46,422 nt of DNA from a virus (IMGVR_UViG_3300042921_000092:1-46422); one strand, 5' to 3'. Counted from the first letter of the stretch, positions 9,091-17,195 are shown. Made by a program: numbers and translations. Notes: generated by a model not told the origin, from the sequence alone.

Positions 9091-9474
9091 ATGCCATATG
9101 TTCGATCCGAAAACAGTTTCGCCGATGCGACCACCAAGGCCATGCATGCCGTCGGTGGCGAGGCCTTGGCCGGAGTTTGCGGGGTTTCCTATTCCCGGTT
9201 GCGTCAATGCGCCAATCCGATGCGCGGCGATGTGATCAATATGCAGGCCGCGGTTGATGCCGATATCGCATCGGCCCGGGCCGGGGCAGGGTGCCCGCAT
9301 TTTGAAAGTTACGCCGCCCAGCTTCATCGCGCCGGGGTTTTGGGTGGGTTTGATGCCGAACGTGCCGGATTACGCGCCCTGATCCGGTCCATCGCCGCCC
9401 TTTTGCGCGAGGCAGCGGATCGCATGAGTGTCGCCCTAGAGCCGCAACCCAGACTTTGCGGGGTGGCGGCATGA
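9091..9474 (+). CDS. CII-like regulator (putative)
   Basis: Position after cro; GGAAGG RBS; HTH-like GGEALAGVCGVSYSRLRQCANP. Confidence 0.55.
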   Translation: MPYVRSENSFADATTKAMHAVGGEALAGVCGVSYSRLRQCANPMRGDVINMQAAVDADIASARAGAGCPHFESYAAQLHRAGVLGGFDAERAGLRALIRSIAALLREAADRMSVALEPQPRLCGVAA

Positions 9475-11567
9475 TCCAGCGCACCCCCATCCCGCAATCC
9501 ATTCTTGATGACATCATTTCCCGCACCGATCTGGTTGATCTGGTCGCTAATTCCGGCGTCAAGCTGATCAAATCGGGGCGTGAATATCAGGGGCTTTGCC
9601 CGTTCCATTCCGAACGCACGCCATCCTTCACTGTTCGGCCTGACAAAGGGTTTGCACATTGCTTCGCCGCAGAAACAAAGGTCATGACCTTTGGGGGTTC
9701 TTCGCGGATAGATGAGCTTGTCGATACGACCCAAAAGGTTCTGACTGTTGGCGGTGTCTGGGTTGATGCCGAGTTCAAATCTTATGGCAAGCAACCGCTT
9801 TTGCGGGTGAGTTTGCGCCGCAATGGTGTCGCCAAGGTGGTGTATGCCACGGCGGGGCACCGCTGGTTCATTCGGGGCCGTAATACCGCGATTACAACGA
9901 GTGATTTAAAGCCCGGTCACCGTCTGAAATTTGTTCTTCCTGCTCCTCGGTCTGACTGGTCCTTGGATGCTGACGGTGTTGTGCATGGCATCGTTTTTGG
10001 CGATGGTTACTTGCAGTATTCGCGTTACGGGGAAGTAACCTTGCATGGCGGCAAGGTGCTTGACCTTTTGAAATGGTTTCAGGGCGGTAACGTGCAGGGG
10101 CGGCGATCCAATGGAATGCCGTATGCGCGTGTTTATCGCGGTCGCGAATGGCAGCACATGAAATCCGTGCCGGATGATTCGCGGGATGATGCCTATCTGC
10201 TGGGTTTCCTCGCCGGGTATTTGGCAACAGATGGCCATGTCGCCAAAGACGGTACCGTCATGCTGAATTCGGCGGACCGGTCGATACTCGAATGGGTTCG
10301 TGATACGGCTCAGAAGCTCGGTATCGGGACTTACGGCATTACGACGCAAATGCGCGAAGGTTACGGTGGTTCGGACAGTGAATTGCATCGCATCCACTTT
10401 GTTCCGGATACGCTTGATCCGGTGATGATTTTGCGAGCCGAGGCTCGCGGCCGATTTCTGGCATCGAGCAAATCGTTTCCTCGGATGCGCTGGTCCGTCG
10501 TTTCGGTCGAAGAAACGGATCGGATCGAAGATGTCTATTGTGCAGAAGTGCCAGGCACTCATGCTTTTGCGCTTGAAGACAATATCCTGACCGGAAACTG
10601 TTTCGGCTGTGGCGCCCACGAAACGGCTATCGGCTATCAGATGCGCGTTTATGGCCAGTCCTTTATCGAGGCGGTCAAGGGGCTTGCGTGGCAGGCGGGT
10701 GTTGATCTGACCGATTATGTCGGGCGGGCGGAAAAGCCCAAGGCCGCGCCCAAGCCCAAGATCGCCAGCCGTGCGGATGAAGGGACGCGTGAAACCGAAA
10801 CCGAAAAGCGCCGTCGGCGCGGGCAAAGGATGTGGCAACGCGGCGTTCGGATCGAAGGGACCGCAGCCGAGGTTTATCTTGCGCAACATCGCGGGATTGA
10901 TCGGGCATTGTTCCTTCATAACCCGGTGCATCGGTTCGTGCCCGATTATGAATTCTGGTATCGTGCGCGGGATGCCAAAAAGCCCGAGGCGATCTGGACA
11001 GGTCCAGCCTTGCTGACCGTCATGCAATATCGCGATGACCGGTTTGCCGCCTGTCATATCACCTGCATCGATCTGGATCAGCCAAAGGGGCGGTTGAAGC
11101 TTCCCGCGCCCGATGATGACCGAGATCTGAATACCAAGCGCGTGATGGGCGATCCGTCAACAGCGGCCATGCGGCTTGGCAAACCGGCCTTTGTGATGGT
11201 GGGCGGCGAGGGGTTGGAAACGACCTATTCCGGCATGATGGTTTCCGGGCATTCCGGCTGGTGTTCCTATTCGCTGGATAACCTTGTCGGTGCCTGCCTG
11301 ATGGATGCCAAGGGGGATCGTCATCCTTATGACGGGCGGCGTCGTTTGCCCGCCGTTGTGCCCGATATGGCGCGCCCGGGCATGATCTGGCCGCGGGAAT
11401 GCCGCGAGAGGATTTTCCTTGGTGATGGCGATACCAAAGACATGCCGATGCTGCGCGCCAAGCTTGAGCGTGGTTGCCGCCGTGCGGCCCAAGAGGGCTG
11501 CAAGGGTCGTGTGGCCATGTCAAAGCCAGGTACAGATTTCAACTCGATGATCTTGGGGGCGGCGTGA
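9471..11567 (+). CDS. Primase (CHC2 zinc finger + Toprim-like domain), intein-containing
   Basis: GLCPFHSERTPSF..H|CFGCG zinc finger; C-terminal GGEGLET and LGDGD Toprim-like motifs. Confidence 0.88.
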   Translation: MIQRTPIPQSILDDIISRTDLVDLVANSGVKLIKSGREYQGLCPFHSERTPSFTVRPDKGFAHCFAAETKVMTFGGSSRIDELVDTTQKVLTVGGVWVDAEFKSYGKQPLLRVSLRRNGVAKVVYATAGHRWFIRGRNTAITTSDLKPGHRLKFVLPAPRSDWSLDADGVVHGIVFGDGYLQYSRYGEVTLHGGKVLDLLKWFQGGNVQGRRSNGMPYARVYRGREWQHMKSVPDDSRDDAYLLGFLAGYLATDGHVAKDGTVMLNSADRSILEWVRDTAQKLGIGTYGITTQMREGYGGSDSELHRIHFVPDTLDPVMILRAEARGRFLASSKSFPRMRWSVVSVEETDRIEDVYCAEVPGTHAFALEDNILTGNCFGCGAHETAIGYQMRVYGQSFIEAVKGLAWQAGVDLTDYVGRAEKPKAAPKPKIASRADEGTRETETEKRRRRGQRMWQRGVRIEGTAAEVYLAQHRGIDRALFLHNPVHRFVPDYEFWYRARDAKKPEAIWTGPALLTVMQYRDDRFAACHITCIDLDQPKGRLKLPAPDDDRDLNTKRVMGDPSTAAMRLGKPAFVMVGGEGLETTYSGMMVSGHSGWCSYSLDNLVGACLMDAKGDRHPYDGRRRLPAVVPDMARPGMIWPRECRERIFLGDGDTKDMPMLRAKLERGCRRAAQEGCKGRVAMSKPGTDFNSMILGAA
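9660..10598 (+). mobile_element. Intein with LAGLIDADG homing endonuclease (313 aa)
   Basis: Starts CFAAETKV; block B ATAGHRW; LAGLIDADG-like VHGIVFGDG and FLAGYLATDG; block F/G EDVYCAEVPGTHAFALEDNILTGN followed by +1 Cys. Confidence 0.93.
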
Positions 11568-12244
11568 TGGTGAAGAAATCCAAAACCAACAAGGGCGCCA
11601 TGATGCAAGGCGGTCAGTCGGGCAAGGTCGATTGGGAACGCCCGGACGAAAATCAGTTCTATCCCACGCCGCCCGAGGCGACCGAGGCGCTTATGCGCGC
11701 CATGCCGCATCTTGCCGGGGGCAAATATTGGGAATGCGCGTGTGGCGATGGCCGGTTGGCGAAGGTGCTTGAATTTCATGGCTGCAAGGTCATTTGCACG
11801 GATCTGATTGATCGGGGTTACGGCGAGGGCGGGGTTGATTTCCTTGCCACCACGCGCCCACGCGCATCGAAAATCATTACAAACCCGCCCTTCACGCTGG
11901 CGCAGGCTTTTATCGAGCATGCCATGCGCCTGCATATGGAAGAGGTCTGGATGTTGCTTAAAACCAACTATTACCAAACCGCCAACCGGCAGGGGTTCAA
12001 GGCGCGTATCCGGCCCAAATACAAGCTGGAGCTGTCATGGCGCATCGATAGCCTTGGCCTTGGTAATGGCGCGCTTGATTGCGCTTGGTTCGGGTTCGTC
12101 CGCGATTATTCCGGCCCGACCCTTTGGGATACGCTGCCAAAGCCGAAAATGGGCAACCTTGACCTGTTTTTGCCTGCTCAAGTGACGCCGACAGCGCAAT
12201 CAAGTCTTGTGATGCCTTCGGGTGTGCAGGGGGTGTTGATTTGA
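11567..12244 (+). CDS. Amino (N6-adenine/N4-cytosine) DNA methyltransferase-like protein
   Basis: FYPTPPEAT, WECACGDG (SAM-binding), IITNPPF. Confidence 0.85.
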   Translation: MVKKSKTNKGAMMQGGQSGKVDWERPDENQFYPTPPEATEALMRAMPHLAGGKYWECACGDGRLAKVLEFHGCKVICTDLIDRGYGEGGVDFLATTRPRASKIITNPPFTLAQAFIEHAMRLHMEEVWMLLKTNYYQTANRQGFKARIRPKYKLELSWRIDSLGLGNGALDCAWFGFVRDYSGPTLWDTLPKPKMGNLDLFLPAQVTPTAQSSLVMPSGVQGVLI

Positions 12245-12312
12245 TGCCGGGTGCAAACATTCAATCCGCAAGCGGCCAGATGCGGGGGCATACAGGCCGC
12301 TTGCGGAAAATA

Positions 12313-12699
12313 TCAAAGGGCACGCCTTGCGGCTTCTTCCAGAAAACCGGAAACCGCGCGTTTGCCGTGTTTGGCTTCGATCTGGTCAATCAGATTGCCG
12401 TCAAGGGTCAGGTTCATCCGGCGTTTCTTGCCGGGGACGGCAACCGTGACCGGAATGCGCGAGATTTCGGTGCATTCGGGTTCCGGATTGGCCGGCAGGG
12501 CTTCGAAGGCGGTCGGGACCGGAATATCGTCGCCGTCTTCATGCATGCCGTCGATGTGAAAGGTCAAAGCCTCGTTCGCCATTTCGAGCAATTCCTGCAT
12601 GTCTTTTCCGCCCGTCACGCAGCCGGGGAAATCGGGGAAAACAATCGAATAATCGGTGTCGTCATCTTTGAAAATGACACCCCAATAGGTCTGTTTCAT
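12313..12699 (-). CDS. hicB: HicB antitoxin (C-terminal RHH)
   Basis: YSIVFPDFPGCVTGG..ELLEMANEAL..HIDGM.EDG..IP.P; RRMNLTLD..L...I RHH-like tail. Confidence 0.95.
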   Translation of the reverse strand: MKQTYWGVIFKDDDTDYSIVFPDFPGCVTGGKDMQELLEMANEALTFHIDGMHEDGDDIPVPTAFEALPANPEPECTEISRIPVTVAVPGKKRRMNLTLDGNLIDQIEAKHGKRAVSGFLEEAARRAL

Positions 12700-12747
12700 C
12701 GTTCTGTCGCCTTTGCATTATGCGGGGTCATGGATGGGGGAAGCTGC

Positions 12748-12936
12748 TTATCGCAGCTTCACCCCGGATTGTTTCTCGATACTTCGGAGCGTCCCGATCC
12801 TTATGTCCTTTTTCGGATGAAGGACGGTGGTGCGTCCGGGTTTGCTTGGGTGTTTGAACTGATGGTGACTGCCTTTGACATTCACAAGAAACCATCCGTC
12901 AGCCTCAAGCGCCTTGATGATCGATTTACTGTCCAT
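12748..12936 (-). CDS. hicA: HicA mRNA interferase toxin
   Basis: IIKALEADGW....KGSHHQFKHP.KPG.TTV.HP.KDI..GTLRSI.KQSG. Confidence 0.96.
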   Translation of the reverse strand: MDSKSIIKALEADGWFLVNVKGSHHQFKHPSKPGRTTVLHPKKDIRIGTLRSIEKQSGVKLR

Positions 12937-12964
12937 GGCCTCCGCTTCCGTTGTTCATGGGGGT

Positions 12965-13019
12965 ATTATGCGCACATGCTGTATAATCGTCAAGGAAAAA
13001 ATACAGCAAATGCGCATAA
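12965..13019 (-). promoter_or_regulatory. hicAB promoter with inverted-repeat operator
   Basis: TTGACG-N17-CATAAT on minus strand; inverted repeat TTATGCGCACATGCTGTAT (12966-12984) / ATACAGCAAATGCGCATAA (13001-13019), 17/19 matching. Confidence 0.8.
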
Positions 13020-13032
13020 AAATAGTGCCGGG

Positions 13033-13061
13033 TTGACTGTCCGGCGAGCTGGGCGTATGGT
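13033..13061 (+). promoter_or_regulatory. Sigma70-type promoter of the c4-like cassette
   Basis: TTGACT-N17-TATGGT. Confidence 0.75.
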
Positions 13062-13183
13062 GCGTCCCATCAACGGGAAAAATCCGTTGTGGGGGCCTTC
13101 AAACCTCCTGTTCCAGACGGTCAGCCGTCACGTCAGTTACGGCTATTTTTGTGCCCGAAATTTGGGTGCATCTTCTCGCTTAG

Positions 13184-13260
13184 GGCGGGAGGGCGGTGAA
13201 TATAAGACCCTTCGGGGGAATAAACCCGCCTGCCTCTGGACAGGTTTGAAGCCTCCCGCC
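13184..13260 (+). ncRNA. c4/CI-like antisense RNA
   Basis: Closing stem GGCGGGAGG/CCTCCCGCC, internal CCC-TTCG-GGG hairpin; CCTCTGGA and AGGTTTGAAG segments complementary to upstream and downstream target boxes. Confidence 0.75.
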
Positions 13261-13323
13261 ACCAGTGCGGTCCTTCAAAGCCTCATTGGTGGTGTTGTGA
13301 AACGCCGACCAGAGGGCTTTGAC

Positions 13324-13812
13324 ATGACCGATGATGTTTCCGGGCGGAATCCGCCTGAAAATCCCCAGATCAAAACAGATAATGCCACCGTGCGCGGTCT
13401 TTCCCGTGCTGAACGTGCCGCAATCCATCGTCGCGCAACCGATGTTGCGACGATGCTGTTTCCCTATGTCCGCGATTACATGGTGCGCAGCGCTTTGGGT
13501 TGCTTGCGCACATCCCCCAACGTCAAAATTTCCGCGCTCCCGATGCCGCCTGATGTGGGGTTGATGATCGCCCGGTATCGCACGTTCGGCGTCGATGGAT
13601 TTGATCCGCGCAAACCACATCACCATCGCCGTGTGTGTTCGGTTGGCGCGGCCCTGTCCTTGGTCGAGGCGGTCACAAAAATTCGCGCGGTTGCGGGTGA
13701 ATTAGACCCGGAAATGGTGTTGACCGACGAAGGCAACGATTGGGCGCATGATCAGATTACATCCGCGCTTTCCGACCTTCTATCCATCGAAATTGACGCG
13801 GGGTTGCTATGA
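13324..13812 (+). CDS. Hypothetical protein downstream of c4-like RNA (in-frame ash-like extension from ATG 13057)
   Basis: AGAGGG RBS; coupled by ATGA to the next ORF. Confidence 0.65.
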   Translation: MTDDVSGRNPPENPQIKTDNATVRGLSRAERAAIHRRATDVATMLFPYVRDYMVRSALGCLRTSPNVKISALPMPPDVGLMIARYRTFGVDGFDPRKPHHHRRVCSVGAALSLVEAVTKIRAVAGELDPEMVLTDEGNDWAHDQITSALSDLLSIEIDAGLL

Positions 13813-14024
13813 AAAGCCGCATTGTCGTTAAGCCATGTGATCATCGCGGATGCAAACGCGCCGGATCGCACATCATGGTCAATCATGGTCGGTGGTGCAG
13901 TGAACACATTCCGCCCGAATTTTACCGCCACAAGCGCATCGCTGCGGGACTTGAAAAAGAATTCGAACCGATTGGCGAATTGCCCGCCGATCAACGCAAG
14001 CCAAAACAGGAGAGGTTGTTCTGA
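13809..14024 (+). CDS. Small Cys/His-rich hypothetical protein
   Basis: CDHRGC...WCSEH, 71 aa, coupled on both sides. Confidence 0.65.
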   Translation: MKSRIVVKPCDHRGCKRAGSHIMVNHGRWCSEHIPPEFYRHKRIAAGLEKEFEPIGELPADQRKPKQERLF

Positions 14025-14025
14025 T

Positions 14026-15525
14026 ATGTCAGATGGTCAAACGAATGAACCGCAAGAGCGCAATGCCAGTTATGAGGCGGCGAAGCAGATTATCAATGGC
14101 GCGAAGATTGTCGGCATTGATGGTGCGAAGCTTGATCCCGAGGATGTTTTGTATGACGTCGATGCGATGAACGAGCATTATGCGCTTGTCATGATGGGGG
14201 GGAAGCCGCTGATTTTGGAAGAAAACTTCAAGCGCGGTGAATGCCCGGTCGAAGATCGTGTCAACCTGATGTCGGTTGATGCCTTTCATGCGTGGTTTGC
14301 CAACCAAGAACAGCGGGTTTCCAAGGATAAGTCGGTCTCGTGGTCCAAGCTTTGGTTCAAGGACCCGCAAAGGCGGCAATATCGAGGGGTTTCCTTTGCA
14401 CCGGGAAGCACGACGCCGTGGGGTGTTTATAACCTTTGGCGCGGTTTCAGTTTGCCTGCGGATTACGATGAATGTGAAAGGAAATGCGACATCTTCCTTG
14501 ATCACGTGCGCACCAATATCGCGGGCGGGAACGAGGCGCATTTTAGGTTCATCATGGGATGGGCGGCGCATATGTTCCAGAAGCCGACCGAGCGGGCCGG
14601 GGTTGCCGTGGTGTTGCGCGGCGGGCAGGGCAGCGGCAAGACGTTGTTCGGGCAAACCTTGGGGCGGTTGATCGAAGATCATTATGCCTTGGTCGATGAT
14701 CCGCGTTATGTGGTCGGGAACTTTAACGCGCACCTGGCATCGACGTTGCTCTTGCAGGCGGATGAAGGTTTCTGGGCCGGTGACAAGCACGCCGAGGGGC
14801 GGTTAAAGGGGCTTGTGACATCCGATTATCATATGATCGAGCGAAAGGGCGTCGATGCCTTCCGGGTCAAGAACTATGTCCATTTGCTGGTGACATCCAA
14901 CAACGATTGGGTTGTTCCGGCGGGGCATGATGAACGCCGGTTTGCGGTGTTTGATGTGGCCAATCGCAGCCAGCAAAACCGGCAGTATTTTGGCGAAATG
15001 ATCCAGCAGCTTGAGGATGGCGGGTACGAGGCGTTGCTTGGCTATTTGCTGGCGTTTGATCTTGATAGCGTCAACCTTTGGGATATTCCGAAAACGGCGG
15101 CGTTGGCCGATCAGAAACTATCCAGCCTGTCGGTCGAGGAAAGCTGGTGGCTTGTGTGCCTGCGGCGCGGGCATGTGACATTCCAGGGTGACGGGGTGCA
15201 ACATTGGATGCCGTATCTGCCGAAATCGGATGTTTATGCCAACTATCTGCAATGGGTCACGCAGCGCGGGCGAAAATTCCCGATGACGGAGGAGCAGTTT
15301 GGCAGGCGATTATTGCGCATATGCCCGGGCATTACGGCGGGCAGGCGAAGGTTTGACCATGGGCAGCGCAAGTATGTCTATCAATTCCCGCCGCTTGATG
15401 AAAGCCGACGGTTGTTTGCCGAAATGATCCGGACGGACATCGATTGGGATGAAGGCGACCTTGACGATGGAGATCAGGGGCAATCTGGCGTGGGGGTTTC
15501 TGATTTGTCGCCTGATGACCTTTGA
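14026..15525 (+). CDS. D5-like/SF3 primase-associated helicase (DUF5906 family)
   Basis: Walker A GGQGSGKT, Walker B LLQADE, YNLWRGF, VTSNNDW, DERRFAV. Confidence 0.88.
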   Translation: MSDGQTNEPQERNASYEAAKQIINGAKIVGIDGAKLDPEDVLYDVDAMNEHYALVMMGGKPLILEENFKRGECPVEDRVNLMSVDAFHAWFANQEQRVSKDKSVSWSKLWFKDPQRRQYRGVSFAPGSTTPWGVYNLWRGFSLPADYDECERKCDIFLDHVRTNIAGGNEAHFRFIMGWAAHMFQKPTERAGVAVVLRGGQGSGKTLFGQTLGRLIEDHYALVDDPRYVVGNFNAHLASTLLLQADEGFWAGDKHAEGRLKGLVTSDYHMIERKGVDAFRVKNYVHLLVTSNNDWVVPAGHDERRFAVFDVANRSQQNRQYFGEMIQQLEDGGYEALLGYLLAFDLDSVNLWDIPKTAALADQKLSSLSVEESWWLVCLRRGHVTFQGDGVQHWMPYLPKSDVYANYLQWVTQRGRKFPMTEEQFGRRLLRICPGITAGRRRFDHGQRKYVYQFPPLDESRRLFAEMIRTDIDWDEGDLDDGDQGQSGVGVSDLSPDDL

Positions 15526-15817
15526 CGGGCGTGGTCTGTCTGGTTTTTCGTCCCGCCATGTCCTTACTTTTTAAGGGTGTGGGGGACGGAAAAACCAAGG
15601 GTTTTCTAGGCTGGTCCTATTTGTCCCAAAAGTCCCACGTCGTGCATATATGTGTGTGGGCGGGCGTATATACACATAATACATATACATGGGTAATACG
15701 GGATATATAGGACAGAAAACATAAGCTACTGAAATTAAACAACAAATACACCCCGATTTGTCCCGAAAGAATTTCAGAAATCAGGACGCCGTTGGGACGG
15801 TAAAAGGCAGGCAAGCA

Positions 15818-16444
15818 ATGGACCGAGAAAATCTGATAAAGCCGATTGGCATTGAAAGGCTGGTAAACTGGGCCTTTGAGCGGGAAAAGGTCGCCATGAT
15901 GGTCGGTCAGGACCGGGGCATATTTCCGATACTGGCGCAATTGCAGCGGACGACGGTGGGCTATGGCGAACGGATCAGCGGCGGGGGCGGGGCGACCGGC
16001 TATGACATTCATCCCGATGCATCCGTCGTTTACGAGGCGTGGCGCTTGGTGATGGAGGTCAGCGCCGAGGGGGCAAGCCTGATCCGGTCTTATGGTGAAA
16101 GCGCCCTACGCCCGGATTGGATTGCGGATGGTGAATTGCGCTTTGAGGCGGACATTGATCCCGTTACCGGTTTGGTCAAGCCCGCCCGGGATGCCAATCG
16201 AAACCTTGTGCGGGAGAGCTGCCGGGTCAAGCGGGTGGGAAAGTTGCCCGATATCGTCCGTGTTGCGCGGTCGGAATACCGGGTTTGGTGGGCGGCGCTT
16301 CATTACCTGCAGGAATTGGTTCGCGAGGCGGCGGAAAATCAGGGCGGTTTGGTGCAGTGGCGCCTGACCCGCGAATTGCCGCCAAAAGAGCCGTGGATGA
16401 TCATGGGGCCGGGGAATGGTTTATCATGCGATAAAGTGGCTTGA
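15818..16444 (+). CDS. Hypothetical protein in late-regulator (Q-like) position
   Basis: 208 aa, IERLVNWAF..IHPDA..ARSEYRVWWAAL..PKEPW; lies just upstream of a promoter/terminator leader and cos. Confidence 0.6.
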   Translation: MDRENLIKPIGIERLVNWAFEREKVAMMVGQDRGIFPILAQLQRTTVGYGERISGGGGATGYDIHPDASVVYEAWRLVMEVSAEGASLIRSYGESALRPDWIADGELRFEADIDPVTGLVKPARDANRNLVRESCRVKRVGKLPDIVRVARSEYRVWWAALHYLQELVREAAENQGGLVQWRLTRELPPKEPWMIMGPGNGLSCDKVA

Positions 16445-16479
16445 CTTACGCGCATGTATTTGACAATCTACCCCCGAAC

Positions 16480-16519
16480 AAAAAAGCGCCTGTACGGAAC
16501 ATTCCGGCAGGCGTTTTTT
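16480..16519 (+). terminator. Intrinsic terminator (tR'-like)
   Basis: AAAAAAGCGCCTG..CAGGCGTTTTTT. Confidence 0.8.
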
Positions 16520-16816
16520 CTTGCCTCGATTGCTGTTGTGCGCGCCCTGCCTAGAAATAGGCGGGGCGTTTGCATTTCAGAATCGGTCGGGGTGATTGCT
16601 TGTCTGTGATCGATACCGAAAGGCGTTGTCATGTAACTCGATCTTTTTCCACCCTTGTTTCCAGAACTTATGACCCGCCGGGCAATGCCTGTGCGGGTCG
16701 TTCTTTTTGGGTGTTGACGTGGACGGCGGGGCGCCGACTACCGGTTTGGGCGTGGCCGGTGTGGGGCAACCGGCGAACCGCCGTCCTCGTCAGCATCGAA
16801 ATCGAAAGTTTGTCAG

Positions 16817-17011
16817 ATGCGTGAAGAATACCCGAAGAGCGAACCGCAAGAACAATGCGATGAACCTGGCGAGGCTGGTTGTATGTCATGTGGCAACGCC
16901 AGCCTCGCAACCCTTTCGGCCCTCCGTCTCGGCGATGAAGTCGGGCCACGCCGATATCGGATGTATTGCGGGTGTTGCGGGGCGCATTGGGTACGTCGCG
17001 TTTACGACTAG
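16817..17011 (+). CDS. Small zinc-ribbon-like protein
   Basis: CMSCG...YCGCCG, 64 aa; weak RBS. Confidence 0.45.
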   Translation: MREEYPKSEPQEQCDEPGEAGCMSCGNASLATLSALRLGDEVGPRRYRMYCGCCGAHWVRRVYD

Positions 17012-17027
17012 GCCCGGAAAAATGCAC

Positions 17028-17072
17028 GGGTCCTTCCCGGGATGTTTCGCCTAACGGGTAAAGCGAACCGTT
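17028..17072 (+). other. Lambda-like cos site (cosQ + cosN)
   Basis: GGGTCCT (lambda cosQ sequence) at 17028-17034, then AACG-GGTAAAGCGAAC-CGTT: 12 nt between symmetric flanks, upstream of terS. Confidence 0.7.
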
Positions 17073-17195
17073 TGTATTCGCTCCGTTTCCTGACTTTCAC
17101 GAGCCTTAACAACTTAACAACGGCCTTAACTCCGGGTGTTAAGAACCCGCAACTATCCTTAATCGAACCTGTATCTGACGAAATCTGGTGGCGGA

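Noticed and set aside
9906-11057. 383-aa minus ORF and similar long antisense ORFs (22071-22997, 23345-24439, 40871-41818)
   Set aside because: Shadows of well-supported + strand genes, with no motifs or RBS support
12241-13812. 523-aa + strand ORF
   Set aside because: Its 5' half is the antisense shadow of clearly recognisable hicB/hicA and crosses two promoters; only the part from 13057/13324 is plausible
15522-15710. 62-aa ORF after the helicase
   Set aside because: Low-complexity, repeat-derived sequence without a convincing RBS; better read as a non-coding origin-like region
17106-17162. TTAA repeats as CtrA boxes (TTAA-N7-TTAA)
   Set aside because: Spacings are 4, 8, 9 and 16 nt, none equal to 7; the cosB interpretation fits better
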